A stretch of DNA of 64,000 nt from Candidatus Poseidoniaceae archaeon (GTDB lineage Archaea; Thermoplasmatota; Poseidoniia; Poseidoniales; Poseidoniaceae), in NCBI GenBank assembly GCA_036846305.1, contig DAIUCF010000003.1, positions 67 through 64,066 of the forward strand. The letters are read 5' to 3'. Under the pieces are notes generated by a model. That model searched no databases, had not been told where the DNA came from, and saw only the letters and a program-made list of their open reading frames with translations. A program made the position numbers and the translations under genes. Below are positions 8,400-17,105 of the stretch, in pieces (position 1 is the first letter of the stretch; every line of letters starts with the position of its first letter).

Positions 8400-10751
8400 T
8401 CAACGTGATCTTGAGGTCGGTTTACGCTTCGTATCTCGCAGGTCTTGTTCTAATTCCCAGCGAAATTCAGGAATCTTTGCCGGTGTTTCAACCACTCCTG
8501 AGTAATGCCAACGCCATGGAGATGTATTGGTTGCATAGGTCGTGTCTTGGATTCGATTAAGAAACGCCGAAACATCCCTAAATGCAGTACTTCGTGCGTG
8601 ATCTCTACGGATGAAGGTCACGTGTTGGCCTGAGGTACCATGTTCAACAAAGCCGAGCAACGTTGCAAAACGTCGAATCAAACGACGCTCCTGTTGAGTT
8701 CGGAGGGTTACACCAAGGTGGCAATGTTCGAATGTTAAATCCCCTCCGTCTACAACTCCCATGCGAAATGTAGAGCCGATTGGATGATGCATCATCGCTT
8801 CCCAGACCCGTGTAAACACCTCACAGAATCGCCGTTCGCCGTTTCGAATATCTCCCGTCGGCAATCGGTTATTTGTTGCGATGGGGGCCTGAAGATGTCG
8901 GTATTCTCGATTCAATCGACGATGAAGATAACGGTTATCGTGAATATAATCTTCCTCTTCGCCGTTCTCTAAGGACTCATGCCACAATTCAATAAATTGC
9001 GGATGTGGAAGTGCTGAATCTGCTGCAACTGCATGCTCGACTAAAGTGCTACATCGAGAATTTCTCGACCTTCTGTTGTTGTCAAATGGCCATCTGTTGC
9101 GATTAAATGCAATGTTTCGGCGGAAAAGATGCATCATATTTCGCCCTTGAATGTGTTCGTAATCATTCTCATTCTCTTGAGGTGATTGCTTCAACCACTT
9201 GATGTGAGAGCCTTGTTGCTGGCTTACAATCTGCTTAAATTCCGCAAGAGTTGAGGTGTGAAGAAATTGTAAATGTCGATCCAGTAGAAGGTTAGGGAAC
9301 CCGAGAGGTGAATTGTAGCAGAGATGTTTTTGCAAGCTATCGATTTTTCCAGATGTTGTAACATCATCAATAAGGGCTAGCAATACCGAAACAATCGTGT
9401 CCCCCAATGGAACTGTGGAATGGAAGGCACTGTCGTAGATGCAGAGAGATGTCGTACCCCGTGGTTCAAGAGAATCAACGGTTTTGATTACGAAAGGGGC
9501 GCCATGAGCTCCACGGCCAACCTTCACTTCATAGAAATGCCCCAAACGACCGATGACCAGCATGTGTTGGTCGTGAACAAAAATTCGGTCAGAATTACTG
9601 TCAATTACTTGTCGAAGAAATTGTATCGAGCGTTTGATTGGAGATGAAATTGAAGGAACTGATGATTCGGAATTAGTCCAGTTATACTGTAATGCATACA
9701 ACAAGTTTGCTGCCTCAGAGGAGAATGGAGAGTAGGCATAAGATAACAGAAGAGCCAATATCGCGGGTTCATCCGGCACAGAAGTTTTACGCGAAGAATT
9801 GTTTTTAGCCCGGACAATGAATTTAAGTGATTCATTTACCACTTGGAGTGGCCATGGGCGAATAGCCTTCTCTTGGCTACAAGAAGAGTACGCCATCCAA
9901 CGTGAAATCCATGGGAACTTCACGAGGCTCTCAAGAGTCGGCGGGTGGTAGACAAAAGCTTCCTTTAGGTGTCCTTCAAATTTTGAACAATTCGGGGTTA
10001 CAAGACGTGAACGAACATCCCGTGACCAGGCTCCTAGCGGATGGGATAACAAATTCTTAGGGGGTGCCAAACTATTTTCTGACACCCATTCAATCCATGA
10101 GAGGACGGCGGCGGCGCCGGGTTTCTGAATTGAATCTATGACTTGATTGAGTTCTAAAAAACGCCTTGGAATACGATTTTGGTGATTTGGAGCTATCGAT
10201 TCCTTGTTCATGGAGCCTAGAGCAATGATGATTTTTTCCAAATCCCAACCAATACGTTTTTTCTTCGAGCAAAGAAGATTAATCACAGTAAGTAGAGGTA
10301 GTTTTGTAGGTAGAGATGCCCCATTAATCAGCACCATGCCCTCAACAATGGATACATGTACATTCCCAACCAATTGAAATCCTTGTTGTAGAAATCGTTT
10401 CTGTGGATTGAATAATCTTTGGCCTTGTGATATTCGGTCTTTGATTTCATCCAACTCGCCCTCAGTACATGGACTCTGGAGGAGGGGGTCTAGGGACATA
10501 TCAGAGAGTCGGGCCCATTGAACATCCTTCGATTGTGATGTTTGTTCAACAATTGATTTCCACCTTTTTGGGGCCGTTTTGTTGCCTGAACCGAGCATTC
10601 GGATGGCTTCATCGTGAATATTGGGGCCAATCTGATAGGTCCATTGTTGTGATTTTTTGGTGGTGATAATGGAGTCGCACAATAGACATGTGCTGGTTTT
10701 CGAAGGATGTTCACAAACTGAGCAAACCGAAGCATTGCTTGTGTGGTTCAT
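8400..10751 (-). CDS. Large hypothetical cytoplasmic protein with N-terminal zinc-ribbon-like CxxC...CxxC
   Basis: Uninterrupted 783-aa ORF with N-terminal CSVCEHPSKTSTCLLCDS. No TM segments and no motif I can assign to a known family. Confidence 0.6.
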   Translation of the reverse strand: MNHTSNASVCSVCEHPSKTSTCLLCDSIITTKKSQQWTYQIGPNIHDEAIRMLGSGNKTAPKRWKSIVEQTSQSKDVQWARLSDMSLDPLLQSPCTEGELDEIKDRISQGQRLFNPQKRFLQQGFQLVGNVHVSIVEGMVLINGASLPTKLPLLTVINLLCSKKKRIGWDLEKIIIALGSMNKESIAPNHQNRIPRRFLELNQVIDSIQKPGAAAVLSWIEWVSENSLAPPKNLLSHPLGAWSRDVRSRLVTPNCSKFEGHLKEAFVYHPPTLESLVKFPWISRWMAYSSCSQEKAIRPWPLQVVNESLKFIVRAKNNSSRKTSVPDEPAILALLLSYAYSPFSSEAANLLYALQYNWTNSESSVPSISSPIKRSIQFLRQVIDSNSDRIFVHDQHMLVIGRLGHFYEVKVGRGAHGAPFVIKTVDSLEPRGTTSLCIYDSAFHSTVPLGDTIVSVLLALIDDVTTSGKIDSLQKHLCYNSPLGFPNLLLDRHLQFLHTSTLAEFKQIVSQQQGSHIKWLKQSPQENENDYEHIQGRNMMHLFRRNIAFNRNRWPFDNNRRSRNSRCSTLVEHAVAADSALPHPQFIELWHESLENGEEEDYIHDNRYLHRRLNREYRHLQAPIATNNRLPTGDIRNGERRFCEVFTRVWEAMMHHPIGSTFRMGVVDGGDLTFEHCHLGVTLRTQQERRLIRRFATLLGFVEHGTSGQHVTFIRRDHARSTAFRDVSAFLNRIQDTTYATNTSPWRWHYSGVVETPAKIPEFRWELEQDLRDTKRKPTSRSR

Positions 10752-10781
10752 GTGTCAAAAATTTGTCGACATGTATTAAAC

Positions 10782-11822
10782 TTACAAAGAAGTAAAAACC
10801 CCAATTATACGCTGGACATCTTCATCAGTAATGTGAAGATGAACAACGATGCGACAAGCATGAGGCTGTATGTCCATCACGTCTATCCCATGAGATTTGA
10901 GTTTCTCCATAATCTCAACGGCCGGAACTTGTGAATGGAAGTAGACCATGTTTGTCTCTACAGTATTCATATCAACTTCAAAATCCTCCAACTCGTTGAT
11001 CGCATTGGCTAGTGTTCTTGCTCGTTGATGGTCCTCTGATAAGCGATCAATGTGATGGTCTAAAGCGTGGATACATGCAGCTGCAAGTATTCCTGCTTGT
11101 CTCATTCCACCTCCAAACATCTTGCGCCATCGATGAGCACGGGCAATGAATGCTCGTGAACCTACCAACACTGAGCCGACTGGAGCGCCTAGGCCTTTTG
11201 AAAAACAAATCGATGCTGAGTCAAAGTCACGAAGCATTCGTTCAACGGAAGTGTCGGTTGCAATTGCAGCATTGAATATTCGAGCACCGTCCATATGTGT
11301 AGCGCACTGGTTGGCTTTCGCTACATCCACAATAGCATCAAGTGTACTTTGTGGATAACAAGCACCACCTCCGCGGTTTGAGGTGTTCTCGACACAAACA
11401 AGTGACCCATCGGGATAATGCGAAAGAGAGCCTGCTTGTTTACGGATTGCACTCTCCACATCTTCAGGGCGCATGAGGCCACTATGGACATCGACCAAAG
11501 CAATCGAAGCGCCACAAAGAGCAGCGTAACCTCCACCTTCGTAGAGATAAATATGGCTGTTTTTAGCAGTAATGATTTCATCTCCTGGACTCGTGTGTGC
11601 TCTTAGGGCAATCGCATTGGACATTGTTCCTGAAGGAACAAAAAGCCCGGCCTCTTTACCGCATATTTGAGCAAGTCTTTGTTCAAGAAGCGTTACTGTG
11701 GGGTCATCACCCAAAACATCATCACCTACGATTGCCAAATTCATTGCCTCGCGCATCGAAGGAGTTGGTTGAGTAACTGTATCTGAACGTAAATCAACCC
11801 GGTCGGAATCATAATGACGCAT
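10782..11822 (-). CDS. ltaE: Low-specificity L-threonine aldolase (PLP-dependent)
   Basis: N-terminal DLRSDTVTQPTPSMREAM and the PLP-lysine context FSKGLGAPVGSVLVG are both characteristic of the beta-eliminating lyase/threonine aldolase family. Length is 346 aa. Confidence 0.8.
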   Translation of the reverse strand: MRHYDSDRVDLRSDTVTQPTPSMREAMNLAIVGDDVLGDDPTVTLLEQRLAQICGKEAGLFVPSGTMSNAIALRAHTSPGDEIITAKNSHIYLYEGGGYAALCGASIALVDVHSGLMRPEDVESAIRKQAGSLSHYPDGSLVCVENTSNRGGGACYPQSTLDAIVDVAKANQCATHMDGARIFNAAIATDTSVERMLRDFDSASICFSKGLGAPVGSVLVGSRAFIARAHRWRKMFGGGMRQAGILAAACIHALDHHIDRLSEDHQRARTLANAINELEDFEVDMNTVETNMVYFHSQVPAVEIMEKLKSHGIDVMDIQPHACRIVVHLHITDEDVQRIIGVFTSL

Positions 11823-11862
11823 AGCCGACCGAAGCGGCCTCCATTCATCAAGTCAATGGAAC

Positions 11863-12288
11863 TCAAAGTAACTTCAATTCGCCAGTAATTTTGTCAATAT
11901 CACCATCGGCACTCGGGCCTAGTGCCAACACAGTCAGCGAACCGCTAGGGATTTGAGTGTGTCCTGCATCACGAACCAGCGTGGTTAGAATTCCAGAACT
12001 TTCTGCTAAAACCTGTAAATCAAGAAGATGTTCTGCATCTCTTCCCTTAACACAGACTTTCTTTTGTCCACTTGCAAGCCATTTCTCAAGGAAACGAGGC
12101 TTATGTTCTCCTGCATTCATTGTTGCAAGAACGGCACCATGGCCGACTTGAGCTGCAATTTTCCCTTTTCCCATCTTCAATCCGTGATTGACTACGAAAA
12201 TCATCTTACAATCACCGCTAGGGGCAAATCCACTCGGTTGTGGCGCTGTAATCTTGTGCAAAAATGAACGAAGGCCCATGGAGAACAC
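11863..12288 (-). CDS. pth2: Archaeal/eukaryotic-type peptidyl-tRNA hydrolase Pth2 (copy 1)
   Basis: KMGKGKIAAQVGHGAV ... VRDAGHTQIPSGSLTVLALGP ... ITGELKLL matches the Pth2 core. The track start is a GTG; alternative ATG starts lie at 12279 and 12204. Confidence 0.8.
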   Translation of the reverse strand: MFSMGLRSFLHKITAPQPSGFAPSGDCKMIFVVNHGLKMGKGKIAAQVGHGAVLATMNAGEHKPRFLEKWLASGQKKVCVKGRDAEHLLDLQVLAESSGILTTLVRDAGHTQIPSGSLTVLALGPSADGDIDKITGELKLL

Positions 12289-12657
12289 CTAATACGGTTT
12301 CAACTCAGAAACAAGAGCATCTATTGAGCGGCGAGGTGAGGGTCCAATTCCGAGTACCGTAATCGTCCCCGGAGGCAATTCAGTATGTCCGGCATCTTTT
12401 ACGAGAGTCGTCACAAGTCCTGCGGCTTGAGCTTGCCCGGCTAATCGTTGAATGGTTTCTAAATCATCAGCTCGCAAGCATATTTTTCTTGCACCAGCCT
12501 TACTCCACCTTTCGACAAGCCGAGCATGGGTCTTCTTCGCATTCAAAGTGCATGTAACCGCTGCATGTGAGCATTGTACTGCCAACTTGCCTGCTGACAT
12601 TTTCAAATCTTTACGGGCCACAAGGACCATTGAAGGTTCTTCAGCCATCGATGACAT
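12289..12657 (-). CDS. pth2: Archaeal/eukaryotic-type peptidyl-tRNA hydrolase Pth2 (copy 2)
   Basis: VLVARKDLKMSAGKLAVQCSHAAV ... VKDAGHTELPPGTITVLGIGP ... VSELKPY. It aligns along its whole length with copy 1 (roughly 40% identity by eye) and lies directly adjacent to it. Confidence 0.8.
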   Translation of the reverse strand: MSSMAEEPSMVLVARKDLKMSAGKLAVQCSHAAVTCTLNAKKTHARLVERWSKAGARKICLRADDLETIQRLAGQAQAAGLVTTLVKDAGHTELPPGTITVLGIGPSPRRSIDALVSELKPY

Positions 12658-13300
12658 GACTATTCACCGCCGCAAATTCAACTTCGTCAAGGGTTGTTTT
12701 TTCTTCAAGCAGGCCCGCAAACCAACTGCCTAACCAGACAACAAACACCAAATTTCCAGCCATGTGGAGCAGATCGAACGGTAAGCCATGGCCTAAGTAG
12801 ATGAGGAATTCACCAAATCCGATTGTTCCATCAAGAATTGAAAGAGAAACCACAAGGTCAAACCATAAAGCGCCAAGAACGGATGCGAGAATTGCACGGC
12901 GCATATGAAGGCCATGGACTGTAATCAAAGGCAAACGTGAACCGAAGACGGCAATACTTGCCCATCCTGCGGCTTGGAAGACAGTCCACCAACCATGACC
13001 CATGAAGAAGTTCGAAATCATGGCAACGAGAACCGCGAATGCTGCGCCGCGTCGCGCACCAAGTTGAGCGCCAACAAGCAATGCTGCAACGGTAACGGGT
13101 TGAATATTCGGCAAAGGTTGCATGACGACGCGAATCAATGAAACAGACAGAACTAAACTTGCTAAGAACAGACTATCAAGGACCGGCCTTTTGGTAGGCT
13201 TGGCCAGCAACCAAAACGCAGTGGCCAGTAAAAAGGTGTCCAAGAACAAGCTTGCGAGGGGTGAAAGGGTTGGGCCGTGAACGCCCATTGCTTGGAACAT
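12641..13300 (-). CDS. Polytopic membrane protein, possibly ECF-transporter S-component-like
   Basis: 219 aa with about 5-6 hydrophobic helices. The segment QPLPNIQPVTVAALLVGAQLGARRGAAFAVLVAMISNFFMGHGWW resembles the (L)PN..P.T......G...G pattern of substrate-capture S components. The functional assignment is tentative. Confidence 0.5.
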   Translation of the reverse strand: MFQAMGVHGPTLSPLASLFLDTFLLATAFWLLAKPTKRPVLDSLFLASLVLSVSLIRVVMQPLPNIQPVTVAALLVGAQLGARRGAAFAVLVAMISNFFMGHGWWTVFQAAGWASIAVFGSRLPLITVHGLHMRRAILASVLGALWFDLVVSLSILDGTIGFGEFLIYLGHGLPFDLLHMAGNLVFVVWLGSWFAGLLEEKTTLDEVEFAAVNSHVIDG

Positions 13301-13341
13301 GTTTCAACCCAAGAGGGTTGATGATTTGAGGCTTACCTTAC

Positions 13342-15033
13342 TTATACTGAAACCCAACGAACTCTTGTGGGTGAATCTACGGGGGTTTTATCCGCAGAAA
13401 CAACTCCTTTGGTTCCGTCAACAAAGTACTCCCATCCATCTCCACCATGCCCATTTATCGAGGAGATATACCACCCAATCTCGGTTTTTTCTGCTGTAAA
13501 TTCAAATCCGAGTTCTCCTGTTGCCGCCTCAGTAAGCGAGTAGACATCACCATAGCCGCTTAAACCGCCTACTGTGTATGTTTGACCTTCAATGTCAAAA
13601 GTGACCATCTGAGTTTCAAGCCATGATTCTGGCCATTCTTCATTCCAATCTTCATCAAGAGATTCTTGAGGGAATTGTTCATCAAAAGTCTTCGACCACT
13701 GCGATGAGAGTTCCGGTAAAATCAACAGTATAATCAAAAGGAACAAAACGCTTGTAGATCTTAAGAACCATTCACTATTGCCATTCAGAAAAAATATTGC
13801 AGACATTGAGAGGAACATATACATCACAAAGAGAAGCCCTTGTCTACCCCAGTCAAATTCTTCTTGCTGAAATGATGGAGGTTGTTGTTCAATTTGTTGG
13901 AAGACCCTCAATAAAGATTGGTCATTGCCAAAAACAGTGTAATTGGCTCCCCGTTCGAAAAACCAAAGCGGAGAGGAGGTCCCATATCCATAGATACCAA
14001 TATCAATTTGTGAATACGAGCCGTCTCGACTTTCGACAAATGAAATCATTCCCCAATTCGCATTCGGCGTATTTGTAGGAGCAACAATAGAGCCATCGGG
14101 AGAGACCCCGATTTCCCCATTGGTGTGGTGTGGAAAAGTATTGATTAATTCACACGAATTCTGGCATGAAAATATGTTCAAAGATGATGAGTCCCCTGTA
14201 ATAACCATTTCATTCTGAAGTACCGGCATAGCAGGTGATGGCCCGGAAATGAACTCTTGGATAACATCACCATTATTCGAATTTACCAATACTATACTGC
14301 TATTCAATGGATGCTGTACATGAACCAACAAACCAGCATTGGTTTCAAGAGGCGGATGGCGTATTTTCCCGTCAAAAGATGAAAGAACTGTTGCGTTGCC
14401 TTGCGGCGTAATTTTCCACAGATTGCCTTTTTCGTCTCCGGAAAAGTATCCTTGAGGAGTAACTGTAACGCCATTCCTCCAGCCCAAACCAGTCTCGACC
14501 CACCATTGCTGTTGGCCGTCCGCAAGACAGTACTGGCCAACACCTGTGCGGGTTGGAACAATCACGTCGCCGTCTTCAATTGAAAAGACGCTCGTTATTC
14601 CCCAGCCTGCCACTTCCGTTTGAATTGACCAATGTACCGTGCCGTTATCCGGGTGAATTGCGTCAATAGTACCATCTGTCCATCCTACTAAGATGAGTTC
14701 TGGCCACGTTCCACAACTACTCGTTCCTGCTTGAGCGTGGACCAAAGGCGACATGTCATTGCTCAAGGTTGCAGAATTCGTATATTTCCAAATCAATTCC
14801 CCTTCAACACTCAATGCGGTGACAGAGGGTTCATCGCTTCCCGATGTCCGTACAATTATTTTTCCATCATGATATATTGGTGCTGTCGAAATAAATCCTG
14901 ATTCAAAATCATATTCCCAAACCAATGAATTCTCTTGCTCCCAGGATGATGAAGATTGTACGGCCGAAGTGAGAGATACGAACAAAAGCGGGATGAAAAA
15001 GCACGCAGCAAAGCGTCGATTCAAGTCAATCAC
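13342..15033 (-). CDS. Secreted PQQ-like beta-propeller protein with two TM segments and a C-terminal DUF4430 (transcobalamin-like) domain
   Basis: Signal peptide MIDLNRRFAACFFIPLLFVSLTSAVQ. Repeated propeller-like blades (APIYHDGKIIVRT, DGTIDAIHPDNGTVHW, CLADGQQQWW). Hydrophobic pair LLFVMYMFLSMSAIFFL / VLFLLIILLILP. C-terminal GWYISSINGHGGDGWEYFVDGTKGVVSADKTPVDSPTRVRWV fits the DUF4430 pattern. Confidence 0.6.
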   Translation of the reverse strand: MIDLNRRFAACFFIPLLFVSLTSAVQSSSSWEQENSLVWEYDFESGFISTAPIYHDGKIIVRTSGSDEPSVTALSVEGELIWKYTNSATLSNDMSPLVHAQAGTSSCGTWPELILVGWTDGTIDAIHPDNGTVHWSIQTEVAGWGITSVFSIEDGDVIVPTRTGVGQYCLADGQQQWWVETGLGWRNGVTVTPQGYFSGDEKGNLWKITPQGNATVLSSFDGKIRHPPLETNAGLLVHVQHPLNSSIVLVNSNNGDVIQEFISGPSPAMPVLQNEMVITGDSSSLNIFSCQNSCELINTFPHHTNGEIGVSPDGSIVAPTNTPNANWGMISFVESRDGSYSQIDIGIYGYGTSSPLWFFERGANYTVFGNDQSLLRVFQQIEQQPPSFQQEEFDWGRQGLLFVMYMFLSMSAIFFLNGNSEWFLRSTSVLFLLIILLILPELSSQWSKTFDEQFPQESLDEDWNEEWPESWLETQMVTFDIEGQTYTVGGLSGYGDVYSLTEAATGELGFEFTAEKTEIGWYISSINGHGGDGWEYFVDGTKGVVSADKTPVDSPTRVRWVSV

Positions 15034-17087
15034 TCCGAAAGATTCTGGATTGCCTCACGCAATAAGGTGCTGACTACTTTCCCATCCGCAGCACCGACCG
15101 CCTGCATGACGACTCCCATGAGGGGGCCCATTGCACCCATTCCTCTTTCTTTGACAAAATCAGAGCGTTCAGCTACGATGGATTCGATTATTGCACTCAA
15201 ATCCCCTTCATCTGCAGGCTTGAATCCATTTGCTTCTCCATACTGGGCAATTTCTTCTCGCGTTGGAAGAGTTGTGCCAAAGTGTTCAATAATTTCATTG
15301 ATTGATTCTCGAGTAATAAGACCGGCTTCTTTGACATGTAATACCGCTGCAGATAATTCTGGATTGGCGGTATCGTTCTCTAACAGAACACTTGCCCATC
15401 CCTTGTGTGGCAATTCGCTAGCATGGTGAACGAAGATATCGTCAAGTTCGCGAGCAAGTAACTGTTGTCCTTGATCATTCGACACTTCATAACCAGAAAG
15501 CCGATGTTTTCGTTCATCGTCCGTCATCGGCATATTAGCAACGATGTTCTGCCAAATTTCATCGGTTAATGCAAAAACAGGGACATCCGTTTCTGGATAC
15601 ATTCTGGCTCCACCAGGCAAAGGACGCATTGGTGAAGTGGTTCCATCTTCTGGAGCACCTTTCTTGACGACAACATTTCTCACTTCTTGAGCAATCCTAT
15701 GCCAAGCCTGTCGTGCTCGAAATAGAACACTTTCCAGTGCAAGTTCTGCTTGCCATTGAGGGGCCAAACAAAGTACAAACCCGTCGACATCTGCAAGAGA
15801 AAGGCGACTGCGAACGAGATTTACCTGCTCCAATTCAATGCCGTAGGCAGGTAATTCATCTGAATGAAATACCCCTTTCACACCTGCTAATTTCGCGGCC
15901 CCTGCTAATTCTCGACCCAGTCGAGGCAACTGTGAACCTTCAATGTCCATTGATTTAACACCTAATTTCCCTGCTAAACCAGGCAACGGTAAAGCAAGCA
16001 TAACCGAGCCTATGTCAAGTCCAGTTCTAACCATTTGAGATTCACAAGTTGCGAAGCATTCACTGATGTTTACAAGAGTCAAGGGGAGATATTCAACCAC
16101 AGCCGCAGATACTTCATCTTCAACTGAGGGGTCATCAAGGCGACGATCTGGAGGAAGATTTGCTAGACCCAATGATTGGCGTAATTCGTTTGCAAGTCGA
16201 TAGAAATGTAGTTGGCGAGCCATTTCCAAACGAATAATTCTCGGTATCCATGAGAGGTCTTGACATCCTTTGATTTCAACCCTGTCTCCACAGGCGAGTG
16301 ATACATTGAGGTCCTGACGAATACTTCCAAGACCTCGGCGGACTTTACGCGTTTGACGAAGACACCTTCCAAGGGCTTTGGAGGTCTCTTGCGCATGTTC
16401 AGGTGAAACCACGTCTGGGGAGGTTGCAATTTCGATAAGTGGCAACCCCAACCGATCAAGATTGTAGATGACTTTCTCGCCGTTTGAAGTTGATACTGAA
16501 TCGAGTTTTCGTGCACTATCCTCTTCAAGACAAAGCACGTCGATTCCTACTGGACCTGTTTTGGTTTGCAAAACTCCATCAATGGAAATGAGCGACGTTC
16601 TTTGGAAGCCACTGGTGTTGGAACCATCGACAACGGTTTTTCTCATCGTCTGAAGCATTGTAACTGGTTTGGCTTCAAGCAACGCTGAGACCGTGAGTGC
16701 AATCTCAACAGCATCTTGGTCGTGAAGTAAGGGTGGCTGTTCATCCAACTCGATAAGACCCGAATTTGGTGATTGGACATAGACAAAGGAACGGTTTCGA
16801 CGTGATTCAAAGCGGGCAGCAATATCAATTGCGCCCCCTTCACCACGGGCCGCTCTTAAACGGCGTTGAAAGCGAGGCCATTGTTCAGGAACTGTGTCGA
16901 TTGTCACGTCGTAAAGCACACCTGGTTGACGAGAATGAAGTTTCCCAGTAGCAAGTTGCTGATGAACTTCAATGCCGCACATGAAACCCAATTCGGCAGG
17001 AGATAAGGCGCTTGCATCAGCCACATCACCAACAGGTTCGGCGTCAATTGGGTCGGCCATATCATCGCGGAGCCGTTCATACTTCAA
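15030..17087 (-). CDS. gatE: Glutamyl-tRNA(Gln) amidotransferase subunit E (archaeal GatE)
   Basis: GFMCGIEVHQQLATGKLHSR near the N-terminus, an inserted domain, a length of 685 aa, and a C-terminal GatB/YqeY-like tail (GMGAMGPLMGVVMQAVGAADGKVV). The stop overlaps the start of the next gene by 4 nt. Confidence 0.8.
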   Translation of the reverse strand: MKYERLRDDMADPIDAEPVGDVADASALSPAELGFMCGIEVHQQLATGKLHSRQPGVLYDVTIDTVPEQWPRFQRRLRAARGEGGAIDIAARFESRRNRSFVYVQSPNSGLIELDEQPPLLHDQDAVEIALTVSALLEAKPVTMLQTMRKTVVDGSNTSGFQRTSLISIDGVLQTKTGPVGIDVLCLEEDSARKLDSVSTSNGEKVIYNLDRLGLPLIEIATSPDVVSPEHAQETSKALGRCLRQTRKVRRGLGSIRQDLNVSLACGDRVEIKGCQDLSWIPRIIRLEMARQLHFYRLANELRQSLGLANLPPDRRLDDPSVEDEVSAAVVEYLPLTLVNISECFATCESQMVRTGLDIGSVMLALPLPGLAGKLGVKSMDIEGSQLPRLGRELAGAAKLAGVKGVFHSDELPAYGIELEQVNLVRSRLSLADVDGFVLCLAPQWQAELALESVLFRARQAWHRIAQEVRNVVVKKGAPEDGTTSPMRPLPGGARMYPETDVPVFALTDEIWQNIVANMPMTDDERKHRLSGYEVSNDQGQQLLARELDDIFVHHASELPHKGWASVLLENDTANPELSAAVLHVKEAGLITRESINEIIEHFGTTLPTREEIAQYGEANGFKPADEGDLSAIIESIVAERSDFVKERGMGAMGPLMGVVMQAVGAADGKVVSTLLREAIQNLSE

Positions 17088-17105
17088 GACTACAACCCTT
17101 CACTG

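Noticed and set aside
15030-17087. Alternative call as GatB rather than GatE
   Set aside because: The length (685 aa), the EVHQQL motif context and the large inserted domain fit archaeal GatE better than a ~480-aa GatB. The archaeal neighbourhood agrees.
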